NCBI GenBank assembly: GCA_963783575.1
Contig: CAWAOD010000006.1
Location: forward strand, 64,001 to 128,000
Direction of reading: 5' to 3'
From: an uncultured Spirochaetota bacterium
Lineage (GTDB): Bacteria > Spirochaetota > Brevinematia > Brevinematales > JAOACQ01
Length of the DNA: 64,000 nucleotides
A model generated the notes under the pieces. It was not told the origin of the DNA. It did not search any database and worked only from the letters and a program-made list of their open reading frames with translations. Below, piece after piece: positions 10,768 to 20,807 of the stretch. The stretch's first letter is position 1. Every line of letters begins with the position of its first letter. Made by a program: the position numbers and the translations under genes.

Positions 10768-11670
10768 TTGAGAAAAAATCCAATTGGAATATTTTTTATA
10801 ATAATTATAATAGGAATTATTTTTTTATTTATATCAGGCTGTGATCTTATAAAGGAAACATTTGATTCGGAATTGGAAAAACTTTCATCACAATCATCAT
10901 CAATTTCTGAAACTTCTTCCTCAACCGGCAATATTAGCAGTTCTGCTTCAATTCCAGGCAGTTCCAGTCAAAGTTCATTACAATCATCATCAACTGTGAG
11001 CTTGAATAGTTCTGCTTCAATTCCGAACAGTTCCAGTCAAAGTTCAATATCTAATATCCTGGTTGCGGAATATCTATTCAGCGGCAATGCAAACGATACA
11101 AGCGGGAATGGAAATAATGGAACGGTTTATGGCGCGGTATTAACAAATGACAGGTTTGGTAATGCTAATAAGGCTTATTCATTCAATTCCGGAGATGGAG
11201 ATTATATTGATTGCGGAAACGCTCCTAGTCTTAATTTCGATAATCAAATTTCTGTTTCGATATGGATGTTTCCAAAATCATATGGTATAAGATTAATTGG
11301 CAAATCTGATAATGAACTTTCAGCAGGATGGCTTATTGATCTATTGAATGGGAATCAAATGCTGAAAGTTACAATACAACCAAGCCAACATTTATTTACA
11401 CCAACAGAAATAACTTTGAATACCTGGTATTATATTGCATTCACTTATAATAAAACTGATGGTCTGACAAAGTTATATGTAAATGGTAATTTAGTAAATC
11501 AAACTAATTTTACATCCGGAAGTATTTATTTCAATACTAAATTAACTATTGGCACTTTTACCAGTTCTGGTATTTCATATTTTAACGGTTTTGAAGATGA
11601 TATCAGAATTTATAATCGGGTTTTAAGCGATTCTGAAATCCAAGCTTTATATCATGAGGGTGGGTGGTAA
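10768..11670 (+). CDS. Lipoprotein with Ser-rich linker and LamG-like module
   Basis: GGAG SD then TTG at 10768 (aligns with the ATG of the paralog at 11778); lipobox ISGC; LamG module closely matches that of 98..2203; ends YHEGGW. Confidence 0.8.
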   Translation: MRKNPIGIFFIIIIIGIIFLFISGCDLIKETFDSELEKLSSQSSSISETSSSTGNISSSASIPGSSSQSSLQSSSTVSLNSSASIPNSSSQSSISNILVAEYLFSGNANDTSGNGNNGTVYGAVLTNDRFGNANKAYSFNSGDGDYIDCGNAPSLNFDNQISVSIWMFPKSYGIRLIGKSDNELSAGWLIDLLNGNQMLKVTIQPSQHLFTPTEITLNTWYYIAFTYNKTDGLTKLYVNGNLVNQTNFTSGSIYFNTKLTIGTFTSSGISYFNGFEDDIRIYNRVLSDSEIQALYHEGGW

Positions 11671-11990
11671 TATTTACAAAAGAACTACTGACAACTAACT
11701 CAGGAATTTTTTTATAATACTTATAAATTGTTAATTATTTTGAACATAGAAGCAAAATAAAGGTCATAGAGGAATAAATGAGAAAAAATTCAATTGGAAT
11801 ATTTTTTATAATAATTATAATAGGAATTATTTTTTTATTCATATCAGGCTGTGATCTTATAAAGGAAACATTTGATTCGGAATTGGAAAAACTTTCATCA
11901 CAATCATCATCAATTTCTGAACCTTCTTCCTCAACCGGAAATATTAGCAGTTCTGCTTCAATTCCGGGCAGTTCCAGTACAAGCTCATTT
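10768..11990 (+). repeat. Direct duplication of the signal-peptide/Ser-linker segment (10768-~10970 vs 11778-~11980)
   Basis: About 200 nt near-identical, with roughly six substitutions counted by eye. Confidence 0.9.
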
Positions 11991-13395
11991 TCGAGCTCCA
12001 GTCAAAGTTCAATATCTAACAGCCTGGTTGCAGAATATCTATTCAACGGCAATGCAAACGATTACAGTGGTTATGGAAACAATGGAGTTCTGAATAATAT
12101 TACATTTGTCTCTGACCGTTTCGGGAATCCAAATGGCACAGCACATTTTGCCGGAAATGTTAATAGTTATATCAATTGTTCAGCTAATATTTAGTAACTA
12201 TCTTACAAATCAAATAACAATTTCCTTCTGGTTCAGGACAGCCGCATATGCTAGTCAGGCAATTCTTGGTAAATACGGTAATGATCAATCCGGCGGATTT
12301 AGATTTGCCGAATTATCCGATGGGACGGTGTTCTTTGGAGTTGCAAATGGAGCGGATCATTTTTTAACTAATACCAATGGGCCTTTTTCGTTAAATAATT
12401 ACCATCATATAGTTGGGGTTTATAATAAGTCAACAGGGTATTTCGCGCTTTATATTGATGATGTAATAACGGTTGGAACAGCCTATACTACAGGCAATTT
12501 GAACTATACACCGCAACCGACAAACCCGGATTGTGCAAATTTTGAGCTTGGAAGAATATGGTCTTCTGGCGTGAATTTTGAGATAGTACCAGTTGATATT
12601 GATGATGTCCGGGTTTATAACAGGGCATTATCTGACAATGAAATTCAAGCTCTTTATCATGAGGGGGGCTGGGCTTCAGCCAGCAGCTCCAGCAGTTCTT
12701 CCAGTTCTATAAATTCATCATATAATTCTTCATCCGCTGCCTCAATATCAACCAATACACTTTTGGCTGAATATTTATTTAACGGGAACGTGAATGATAC
12801 AAGCGGGAATGGGAATAACGGGATAGTTCATGGCGCGGTATTAACAAATGACAGGTTTGGAAATGCTAATCAGGCTTATTATTTTAATGGAAATAACAAT
12901 ATTACCATCGCAGGCACTAACCTTGATTCACAGATAATTACATATTCAGCCTGGGTAAATCTCAGCCAGATTGAATCTCAGCAGGCTGTTTTGTGCCAGG
13001 CGTCAGCGACAAACGATATGGATGCCAGCAATGCGACACATTATATGTCAATTTATGATAATACCAGAATACATTTAGGTATAAGAAATACTGACGGAAG
13101 CTGGGGAAGATACAATTTGTGGAATGCCGGAATTACAATTTCAACAAACACCTGGTATCATATTGTGGCTATTCAGGATCCTATAAATGGTTTCCAGAAG
13201 GTTTACCTAAATGGTATAATATTGAGCAATATTACAATCTCAAACGGTAAATATCCCGGTGTAACCGCTTATACTTTTTTAGGTTCTTCATATAACGGAT
13301 ATTTTTTTAACGGAATTTTAGATGACATTCGAATTTATAATTACACATTGAGTGATTATGAAATCCAGGCTTTATATCATGAGGGAGGGTGGTAA
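11778..13395 (+). pseudogene. Lipoprotein with two tandem LamG-like modules, +1 frameshift at ~12190
   Basis: Reads AATATTTAGTAAC where the paralog at ~14231 reads AATATCAGTAAC; removing one T fuses ORFs 11778..12194 and 12106..13395. Could be an assembly error. Confidence 0.75.
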
Positions 13396-14717
13396 GTTTT
13401 AAACTGTTATTTAATTAAAAGATAATCTTACTGTAAATAATAATTTTAGTATAAGCATATACTTCGAATATTATATATATATATAATATTCGAAATTAAT
13501 AAAATTTATATAATTAGATTATATAAAATTATGAACAACATAAAATTCAGTATCTCTATAAAATAGTAGCGTTACTATACAATTTTATTAGGAGGAAATA
13601 TATGACAAAATCTTTTCGTAGTTGCTTATTTTGTAGTTTCATGGTTCTGCTTTTTGCGGGATGTTCATTAAATTTATCATCAACGGGTGCATCTAGTGGT
13701 TCTAAGCAACAAGTAAGTCCAACACAAGATGGAGCTTCCTTAACAATTAATTTATTAGGTTCTGATTCAGTTAAAAGTAAGAGCGTTATTAATGTTCAGT
13801 CCAATCAAATCATCGGTGCAACTCTGTCTCTGGTCGGCGGCTACAATAGTTATAATACAAATTGGGTACCAGGCCAAGCATATTCATATGTATTCCAAGC
13901 GCTTTCTACCGCCGCTTACACGCTAACAATTACCGATTGGGACAATGCCGGACATACAAACACAGCCAATGCTGTAATAAATATACAAAATGGGTATAAT
14001 TACAGTATAAATGTTCAGCTTGGAGGTCAGATTTACATAAATCCGGTAAGCAATGTTCCTATCTCTAATTTAATAGCCGAATATGTCTTAAGCGGCAATG
14101 CAAACGATTACAGTGGTTATGTAAACAATGGAGTTCTAAATAATATTACATTTGTCTCTGACCGTTTCGGGAATCCAAATAGCGCCGCACATTTTACTGG
14201 AAATGTTAATAGTTATATTAATTGTTCAGCTAATATCAGTAACTATCTTACAAATCAAATAACAGTTTCCTTCTGGTTCAGAACAGCCACATATACTAAT
14301 CAGGCTATTCTTGGTAAATATGGGAATGATCAAAGTGGAGGATTTAGATTTGCCGAAATTTCAAATGGGTATGTGTTCTTTGGTGTTGCAAATGGAGCGG
14401 ATCATTTTTTAACTAATACCAATGGGCCTTTTTCGTTAAATAATTATCATCATATAGTTGGGGTTTATAATAAGTCAATAGGGTATTTCGCGCTTTATAT
14501 TGATGATGTAATAACGGTTGGAGCAGCATATACTACAGGCAATTTGAACTATACACCGCAACCGACAAACCCGGATTGTGCGAATTTTGAGCTTGGAAGA
14601 ATATGGTCTTCTGGCGTGAATTTTGAGATAGTACCAGTTGATATTGATGATGTCCGGGTTTATAACAGGGCATTAACTGACAGCGAAATCCAAGCACTTT
14701 ATCACGAGGGCGGCTGG
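12048..14717 (+). repeat. Direct duplication of a LamG module (~12048-12672 vs ~14093-14717)
   Basis: About 620 nt with high identity; both encode GNANDYSG...QPTNPDCANFELGRIWSSG...YHEGGW. Confidence 0.9.
13463..13494. promoter_or_regulatory. Perfect 32-bp AT-rich palindrome
   Basis: TTCGAATATTATATATATATATAATATTCGAA equals its own reverse complement; intergenic, ~110 nt upstream of 13602. Confidence 0.6.
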
Positions 14718-14726
14718 GGTAATTGA
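13602..14726 (+). CDS. Lipoprotein with unrelated N-terminal beta domain and LamG-like module
   Basis: GGAGG SD; lipobox FAGC; C-terminal module duplicated from 12048-12672; ends YHEGGWGN. Confidence 0.8.
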   Translation: MTKSFRSCLFCSFMVLLFAGCSLNLSSTGASSGSKQQVSPTQDGASLTINLLGSDSVKSKSVINVQSNQIIGATLSLVGGYNSYNTNWVPGQAYSYVFQALSTAAYTLTITDWDNAGHTNTANAVINIQNGYNYSINVQLGGQIYINPVSNVPISNLIAEYVLSGNANDYSGYVNNGVLNNITFVSDRFGNPNSAAHFTGNVNSYINCSANISNYLTNQITVSFWFRTATYTNQAILGKYGNDQSGGFRFAEISNGYVFFGVANGADHFLTNTNGPFSLNNYHHIVGVYNKSIGYFALYIDDVITVGAAYTTGNLNYTPQPTNPDCANFELGRIWSSGVNFEIVPVDIDDVRVYNRALTDSEIQALYHEGGWGN

Positions 14727-14771
14727 TCATATTTATTGTTTATATAAAGAAAGTGACGTTACTTAAATTTC

Positions 14772-14798
14772 AAGGGGCCGTTTTATTCGGCCCCTTTT
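14772..14798 (+). terminator. Intrinsic terminator
   Basis: AAGGGGCCG-TTTTATT-CGGCCCCTTTT. Confidence 0.75.
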
Positions 14799-14868
14799 AT
14801 AGATCTATCTGGTGTAATATTTATAAAAACGATCTAGCAGCGGACGATGTAAAGAATATTCCAACTGA

Positions 14869-14985
14869 TGGGGCATAACAGGCAGTGATGGTTTTGGCGC
14901 TTGTACTATAGATAATATCCAAATTTACAATTATACATTAAGCGATAATGAAATTCAGGCACTTTATCAAGAGGGTGGGTGGTAA
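14869..14985 (+). pseudogene. Orphan 3' fragment of a LamG module
   Basis: Reads WGITGSDGFGACTIDNIQIYNYTLSDNEIQALYQEGGW*; preceded by an in-frame TGA (14866-68) and has no start codon. Confidence 0.75.
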
Positions 14986-14995
14986 GTTATACAAA

Positions 14996-15026
14996 GGGGC
15001 TTCTGATAAAAAAATCAGAAGCCCCT
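14996..15026. terminator. Terminator hairpin between convergent units
   Basis: AGGGGCTTCTGAT-AAAAAA-ATCAGAAGCCCCT. Confidence 0.7.
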
Positions 15027-15031
15027 AGTAT

Positions 15032-16183
15032 TTAAATTATTTTTATAAAAGCTTCCAAAAAAATCCTGTTCCAGTCAAATTGTTTTCCCATTTCAACCGC
15101 TTTTGTCCTGAAACTATTATAATCATTTATAATCAAACTTATTTTGCCTGCAAAATCTTTAGCGGAATATTCTGTTATTAAACCTGCTTTATTATTTATG
15201 ATTGCAGTTGCGATAGGCGGTACATTTGTAAGAACAATAGGTAACCCACAGCCCAGATAGGTTTTGATTTTCCCGGGATCGGAATAAAATGTAAAATTGT
15301 TCGGGTCATCAGGGTAGTAAGGCGCTATTCCAATACCGCATCGGTATAAAATTTTAATAATTTCTCTAAAGTCCCGGACATATCCATGAATTTCAAAACA
15401 ACTCTGTAAATTCTTTTCAAGGATTTCCGATTTAATTTCTTCAAGGTATTTTCCTCCTCCGATTATGATAAATTTAAAATCGGATTTATTTTTAATCAAC
15501 TCTTCAGCGATTGGTATAAATAACTCCGCTCCTTTACTTTTATTTATATCCCCCATATAAACAATCCGGTTTTTATTATATTCTAAAGTACCGGGCTGAA
15601 CGGAAGAGTGATTCCCGTATGGTACCACATACCACTTTACCCGGGCAGGATTAAGCCTGCCTGCATTAAATCTTGCTTTTATTATACTATCATTTAGAGG
15701 CCAGACATAATCACTATTATATGAAGCGGATTTGTCCAGAGAATAATAGAGCGAATTCAGTAATGGATTGGCATATCTCACCGGTGTGTAGTCAATCATA
15801 TAATATATGACTTTTTTTAAAAGCCTGAGTTTTTTCAATAATAAGCCTATTATAGAAAGAAGATTATCACCGCCGATAAAAACATCCGTTTTCCCGCCGT
15901 ACTTAATTCCATAAAATATCCCATAAATAAAGTCTTTAATATATGAAACCGGTTCGGGTTTACTGAATCTCAGCAATGATTTTTTTCTTCTAATCAATTT
16001 CCCTTTCTTAAATATTTCTGTACTGATAAATTTTTCCTTCGTATTCCCGAATGGAAACGCAATATATACTAATTCTCCGGCTTCATTTTTGTTAAGCCAA
16101 TCCCTTAATTCCTCGGTTGCCCCGGTTGTCGCGTAATGTGAATAAATAATGACCTTTGATTTTTGTATTTCTTTTAAATTCAT
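15032..16183 (-). CDS. Glycosyltransferase family 4 (GT-B)
   Basis: IVYMGDINKSKG, FIIIGGG, DPGKIKTYLGCGLPIVLT. Start MNLKE chosen; 16222 is an alternative. Confidence 0.8.
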   Translation of the reverse strand: MNLKEIQKSKVIIYSHYATTGATEELRDWLNKNEAGELVYIAFPFGNTKEKFISTEIFKKGKLIRRKKSLLRFSKPEPVSYIKDFIYGIFYGIKYGGKTDVFIGGDNLLSIIGLLLKKLRLLKKVIYYMIDYTPVRYANPLLNSLYYSLDKSASYNSDYVWPLNDSIIKARFNAGRLNPARVKWYVVPYGNHSSVQPGTLEYNKNRIVYMGDINKSKGAELFIPIAEELIKNKSDFKFIIIGGGKYLEEIKSEILEKNLQSCFEIHGYVRDFREIIKILYRCGIGIAPYYPDDPNNFTFYSDPGKIKTYLGCGLPIVLTNVPPIATAIINNKAGLITEYSAKDFAGKISLIINDYNSFRTKAVEMGKQFDWNRIFLEAFIKII

Positions 16184-16359
16184 TTGTTCATACCGCCGTA
16201 TTTTCCTGAGTTTCACTGACACATAGTTGTCTTTTATTTTATCAATTCAATAGCGATATGTAAAGTATTTATAAAATGACTATAATTATTTTTCCTTGAC
16301 AAAGAAAAATAACTGTTATACGATTATCATTATAAGCCAAAATATCAAGGAGTTTTACA

Positions 16360-17247
16360 GTGATGTCGACAATTGATTCATTCCCAAGGGTAATTAGAAG
16401 TCCGGAAGATATGCCTGAATTTTTTAAAAGCCTGATTGTTTCATTGGATATTGATACAGACAATTTTCCATATATGATCTTTATTCCTCAAAACCGCTGG
16501 GGGTTTAGATTAGCTACCGCAAAAATATTGATTGTTCTGGAAGACAGAATTGCTGTTGCAGAAAAATCAAAGAAGGAAAGAGCGTTATTTAATTTTTATT
16601 ATAAAGATATTAATTATATTCAGAAAGGAATGCTTTTATTGCATTCCTGGATAAAGCTTAACGGGCTGGCCGAGGGAAAGTCATTGACTTCATATATTGA
16701 ATATAATACCGTAGGCGATAGGTTTTTGCAGCCTGTTATCGAAAAGGCCAGGGCTAAAATGAACGGTATAAGCCCTGTTGAAGGCCAGTATGAGAAACTT
16801 AAAATTGAAAAAGATAAATTTCTGGCTCTTATTAAAACTAATTATAAATACATGAATTTCGGGCGGGACAGCATCATCGCGGGAGAAAATGTTAATGGGA
16901 TGCTGCTGCAGCCTGAAATCAGGATAAAATATCTGCGTTTTCTTAATAAAAGGCTTACAACCCAGCATTTCAGTATATTAACCGATAAGGAACTGATTAT
17001 TATAGAGGAAAACAGTTCAATGTATTATTCGGGTTATAAAGAATACGGCGGTATATGGAATTATATTCCACTGCATAAATTGGAGAATCTTGATCTAAAT
17101 AATGTTGCTGGTAAAATTGACCTGTTAAACCTGATTTTTTCAATTACCGGCGGCAATAAAATCAATTTAATAAATTCCCCGGATAATAAAAATTGTATCG
17201 AGGACTTTATCAAGAAAATCGAATGCAGCAAAAATTCATTATGCTGA
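16360..17247 (+). CDS. Hypothetical protein (two similar halves, possibly PH-like)
   Basis: 295-aa ORF with AAGGAG SD; ILIVLEDRI and SILTDKELIII patterns. Confidence 0.55.
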   Translation: MMSTIDSFPRVIRSPEDMPEFFKSLIVSLDIDTDNFPYMIFIPQNRWGFRLATAKILIVLEDRIAVAEKSKKERALFNFYYKDINYIQKGMLLLHSWIKLNGLAEGKSLTSYIEYNTVGDRFLQPVIEKARAKMNGISPVEGQYEKLKIEKDKFLALIKTNYKYMNFGRDSIIAGENVNGMLLQPEIRIKYLRFLNKRLTTQHFSILTDKELIIIEENSSMYYSGYKEYGGIWNYIPLHKLENLDLNNVAGKIDLLNLIFSITGGNKINLINSPDNKNCIEDFIKKIECSKNSLC

Positions 17248-17262
17248 TCAATAAAAAAACAG

Positions 17263-17988
17263 CTATTCACCAACGCTGATTTTTTTTATGTAAATTGTAT
17301 TTACAATATTGCCGACTTCATCGCTGTATTGATCGCGGTTATTCGGATCGGTTTTCCATTCCCCGTCCACAACAAAACAATAAGTGTGCAATCCCGGTTT
17401 GAGGCTTATTTTTATATAGAATTCCCCGGCGCCTTTATTTGTCATTGAAAGGTTGAAGGGATTCCAGTTATTGAAATCACCGACCAGAAAAACATCCCTG
17501 GCTGTTGTACTGTCATATTTGAAAAGGTAGGTGCCGTTTTCCAGCCATAATGGATACTTCGCATACGGAATAAAATCATCTTTCAATTCAAAATAAGAAA
17601 CCTCCTGTCCGCTGTCATCAATTGTAAAATTCGTGTTGTTAGGGTCATTTATCCAGATTTCGTCTACAATAAGCTTATACTGATATACTCCCTTTGAAAG
17701 TCTTTTATCCCAGGCGAATATCCAGAAATTGGTTTCTTTTTCCTCCATCGGAAGATAATGCTTCCAGGAATTGAAATTCCCTGACACATAGACCTTTGAG
17801 GCTTTTTCCTTGAAGAAAAAAACTATTGAATCTTCCATAACAATAGGAGAATTGATCCAGTAATCCATATTTTTAGTCAGCTTTTGCAGCTCAGCTTCCT
17901 TACTAAGGTAATCCTTGTTTATCTTAACCGTTTCGGCGTTGATAATCCCGCTCATTATGAACACAAATATTAAAATAATCTTAATCAT
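17263..17988 (-). CDS. Exported protein with tandem CBM48/AMPK-beta-like glycogen-binding domains
   Basis: Two V.GxFNxW...GxYxY..IVDxxWxxDPxN repeats; signal peptide. Confidence 0.8.
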   Translation of the reverse strand: MIKIILIFVFIMSGIINAETVKINKDYLSKEAELQKLTKNMDYWINSPIVMEDSIVFFFKEKASKVYVSGNFNSWKHYLPMEEKETNFWIFAWDKRLSKGVYQYKLIVDEIWINDPNNTNFTIDDSGQEVSYFELKDDFIPYAKYPLWLENGTYLFKYDSTTARDVFLVGDFNNWNPFNLSMTNKGAGEFYIKISLKPGLHTYCFVVDGEWKTDPNNRDQYSDEVGNIVNTIYIKKISVGE

Positions 17989-18040
17989 TTTATAATCCTG
18001 ATCTTTTTATTGTAATTCCAGCCGAACTAAATGCGATACA

Positions 18041-18820
18041 TTATAATTTATCGGGATAAATTTCACCTACATTATTAAAAACAAAATCCGGCCTATAAGG
18101 AAATTGCCCGATTGTCTCCAGTGACGTAACACCCGATAGAACAAGGCAGGTTGTCATCCCTGCCTCGAGGCCCGCCACGATATCGGTATCCATGCGGTCT
18201 CCTATCATTACCGTTTCCGATGAGTGGGCCCAGCTTTTCCTCGCGAACATCATCATAAGCGCGTTCGGCTTTCCGATCACATAGGGTTTTCTGCCCGACG
18301 CTGTTTCAACAGCCGCCAGAATGCTTCCACAGGCAGGTTCGAGACCGTCTTCCGAAGGATCTACCGTATCCGGATTTGTCGCCAGGAACCTTGCCCCTTT
18401 CCTGATCAGATTGGCTGACTTTTTCAGCATATCAAAATTAAAGCCTGTCGTTCTGCCCACAACCACATAATCCGGGTTGCTTTCGGTGATTTTGTATCCT
18501 ATCCTTTCAATTTCGGATTTAAGCCCTTCCTCGCCGATCACATAGGCGCTGCCGTCAGGCTTCTGAGCATGCAGGAATGATGCCGTAGATTGAGCCGATG
18601 TCATAAAATTCTCTTCCGATAATCCGTCCACGCCCATTGATTCCAGCCTTTTTTTTAATTCCAGCGGCGTCAATTCCGAATTATTGGTTAAAAAAAGGAA
18701 TTTTGTCTCAGTTTCTTTTAGCCGCTTCACGAATATCCTTGCACCTTCAATTAATTCCCTGCCCCTGTATAAAACCCCATCCATATCGGAGAGGACGCAT
18801 TTTTTAATATTTGAACTCAT
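18041..18820 (-). CDS. nagD: HAD-IIA hydrolase, NagD family
   Basis: DMDGVLY, LTNNS, ATNPD, IGKPN, MIGDRMDTDI motifs. Confidence 0.8.
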   Translation of the reverse strand: MSSNIKKCVLSDMDGVLYRGRELIEGARIFVKRLKETETKFLFLTNNSELTPLELKKRLESMGVDGLSEENFMTSAQSTASFLHAQKPDGSAYVIGEEGLKSEIERIGYKITESNPDYVVVGRTTGFNFDMLKKSANLIRKGARFLATNPDTVDPSEDGLEPACGSILAAVETASGRKPYVIGKPNALMMMFARKSWAHSSETVMIGDRMDTDIVAGLEAGMTTCLVLSGVTSLETIGQFPYRPDFVFNNVGEIYPDKL

Positions 18821-19315
18821 TTACTTTTCCTTTTCAATATCCCCTTTGCCGGATATTTCTGAGATATTTAATTTAAGTATCATTGTGCTTTTAAATATTT
18901 TTGAGTCATAAACAAAACTTTCTCTCCTGGAATAATGCTTCATTATGCTATTCATGCCCAGTAGTTTTTCATTTTCATCCGTTATAATCTCAATTGCACC
19001 CATTCCGGTAACACTGCGGTAGTTCATTCCACAATTGCATCCAATTCCTTCGATCATCAGCTCATGATCTATATCCATCTGGAAGCAGACAAAATTATTT
19101 TTCCTGATAAGATCAATTTTCCTGCCTGCATTCGCGCAATGGAAATAAAGGACTGCCAGACCATTCTGCTGATTTTCATTCCTGGTATATCCGAAGTTCA
19201 AAGCAACGATATACGGTGTATTGTTATCCGCGAAAGCAAGGCGGCATGTATCCGCTTTTTCAATGATCGCTAAAATTTCTTCAGGGTTCTTGATTTCCCT
19301 GTCGATTCTCCGCAT
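18821..19315 (-). CDS. Pyridoxamine 5'-phosphate oxidase-like flavin-binding protein (NimA-like)
   Basis: MRRxDREI, PYIVALNFGY, YFHCANAGRK, YRSVTGMG, ISGK. Confidence 0.8.
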   Translation of the reverse strand: MRRIDREIKNPEEILAIIEKADTCRLAFADNNTPYIVALNFGYTRNENQQNGLAVLYFHCANAGRKIDLIRKNNFVCFQMDIDHELMIEGIGCNCGMNYRSVTGMGAIEIITDENEKLLGMNSIMKHYSRRESFVYDSKIFKSTMILKLNISEISGKGDIEKEK

Positions 19316-19337
19316 TTTATTATCCTCAAATATTTAT

Positions 19338-19781
19338 TTATGGTTCAAGAAGATCAAAACCCGTGATTTTATCTTTAAGCCTTACAGCCCTGGTGTCCGT
19401 CAGCTCAAAAACAATTACTTCAAGAATGTGCCAGACCCGAACTCCTTTTCTTACACAGCCGGTTAAGGCCGATTTTTCCCTGCCGAAGGCGGCATGCATA
19501 TGCAAAACCGGTTTTCCTGTTTTATCCGGGAAAATTGTCCCCGTTCCCGTCATTTCGTGAACATTATCCAATATTATCTCCATCGGGTTAATAACTTTTG
19601 CCCGGCCGTCCTCCGGCCCGACAACAAGCCTGCTGACTTTATCGGCTCCGCCCAGGGCGATAACCGCCGCCGCAGTGATGGACTTTTCAACCGCGAATTT
19701 TTCGATTTCCTCATGGATAATGTCCCCGTCTTCCAGACGTATTATAAAAATCCTTCCCTGTTTTGCTTCCGAATATTTCAT
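19338..19781 (-). CDS. PPC-domain (DUF296) protein
   Basis: IIRLEDGDIIHEEI, EMTGTGTI, LHMHAAFG. Confidence 0.8.
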   Translation of the reverse strand: MKYSEAKQGRIFIIRLEDGDIIHEEIEKFAVEKSITAAAVIALGGADKVSRLVVGPEDGRAKVINPMEIILDNVHEMTGTGTIFPDKTGKPVLHMHAAFGREKSALTGCVRKGVRVWHILEVIVFELTDTRAVRLKDKITGFDLLEP

Positions 19782-20563
19782 TCAAAATTCCCCGCTAAAA
19801 GTATCTGATATTTCTGTAGGATTTCCTGTTCGACTACTTTATTCCCGCTGATATAATATGTTATTGTACCCGGTAAAACCGTATTATTGATTAATCCCCG
19901 GGTTTCCAGAATATTTTTCAGATTCCTCACCGTTCCGAAGCTCCCATCGATAATGTCCATATCCGGCGGTAGAAATTTTTTCAAAATGCTTTTGTAAAAA
20001 TTATAATGCGTGCATCCCAATACAACGGTACCATAAAGTTCAAGATTAAAATCCGAAAATTTATCTCTGAAATACGGTAATATAATTTCCCCGTCAAATA
20101 TGAATTTTTCGGCATATTCCACGAGCTCGGGAAGCGCCAGCGAGTCTACAAGATGCCTGTTATCGACCCTTGCAACAAGATCCTGGAATTTTTCCTCCTT
20201 TAAGGTTAATGGAGTAGCAAGTACAAGCACTCTTTTATTGCTTCCGTTTTTCTCAACGGCAGGCTTTACGGCAGGTTCCATCCCAATGACCGGAAAGCTG
20301 TATGTTTCCCTTAATTCCTTTATCGCGGCGCTTGCCGCGGTATTACAGGCCACAACCAGAGCTTTTATGCCCGATTGAACCATAAATTTTACCGCATTGA
20401 GTATATACCCTTTAACTTCATCCCTGTTTTTTGTTCCATAAGGAGCATGAAGACTATCGCCGTAATATATATAATTTTCGAAAGGTAATATTTTGAGCGA
20501 TTCCCTTAGAACATTGATCCCGCCGATTCCTGAATCAAAAAAACCTATACTTATAGATTCCAT
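19778..20563 (-). CDS. murI: Glutamate racemase
   Basis: FFDSGIGG, PYGTK, VVACNTA, VLGCTHY. Start reassigned to ATG 20563. Confidence 0.95.
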   Translation of the reverse strand: MESISIGFFDSGIGGINVLRESLKILPFENYIYYGDSLHAPYGTKNRDEVKGYILNAVKFMVQSGIKALVVACNTAASAAIKELRETYSFPVIGMEPAVKPAVEKNGSNKRVLVLATPLTLKEEKFQDLVARVDNRHLVDSLALPELVEYAEKFIFDGEIILPYFRDKFSDFNLELYGTVVLGCTHYNFYKSILKKFLPPDMDIIDGSFGTVRNLKNILETRGLINNTVLPGTITYYISGNKVVEQEILQKYQILLAGNFE

Positions 20564-20807
20564 CAGAATTAAAATCCTTTTTCCGAAATTGAAAGCCCGG
20601 CTTACCGGATTTCCTATAAGACATACCCGGAACTGAGCCATGAAAAATTATGTCCATGACAAGGGAAAACTTGTTATTGCAGACAATAATATTGTAAATG
20701 CCTGTTTTTGTCAAAAAACAGAGAAATCCAAACTGACTGTCAAATAAAGAATTGACAATACGGTTTTGCCCGTTATCATGTATCAAGAATTGAAAAGGAG
20801 AAGATAG

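Noticed and set aside
1580..14985. Diversity-generating retroelement (VR/TR pairs) among the repeated 3' modules
   Set aside because: Differences between copies are mostly synonymous and not restricted to adenines; the repeats are ~600 nt long; no reverse transcriptase is in the window.
16216..16233. Third CTGACA-N6-TGTCAG site
   Set aside because: Only a 10/12 match, with no TATAAT at the 11-nt spacing on either strand.
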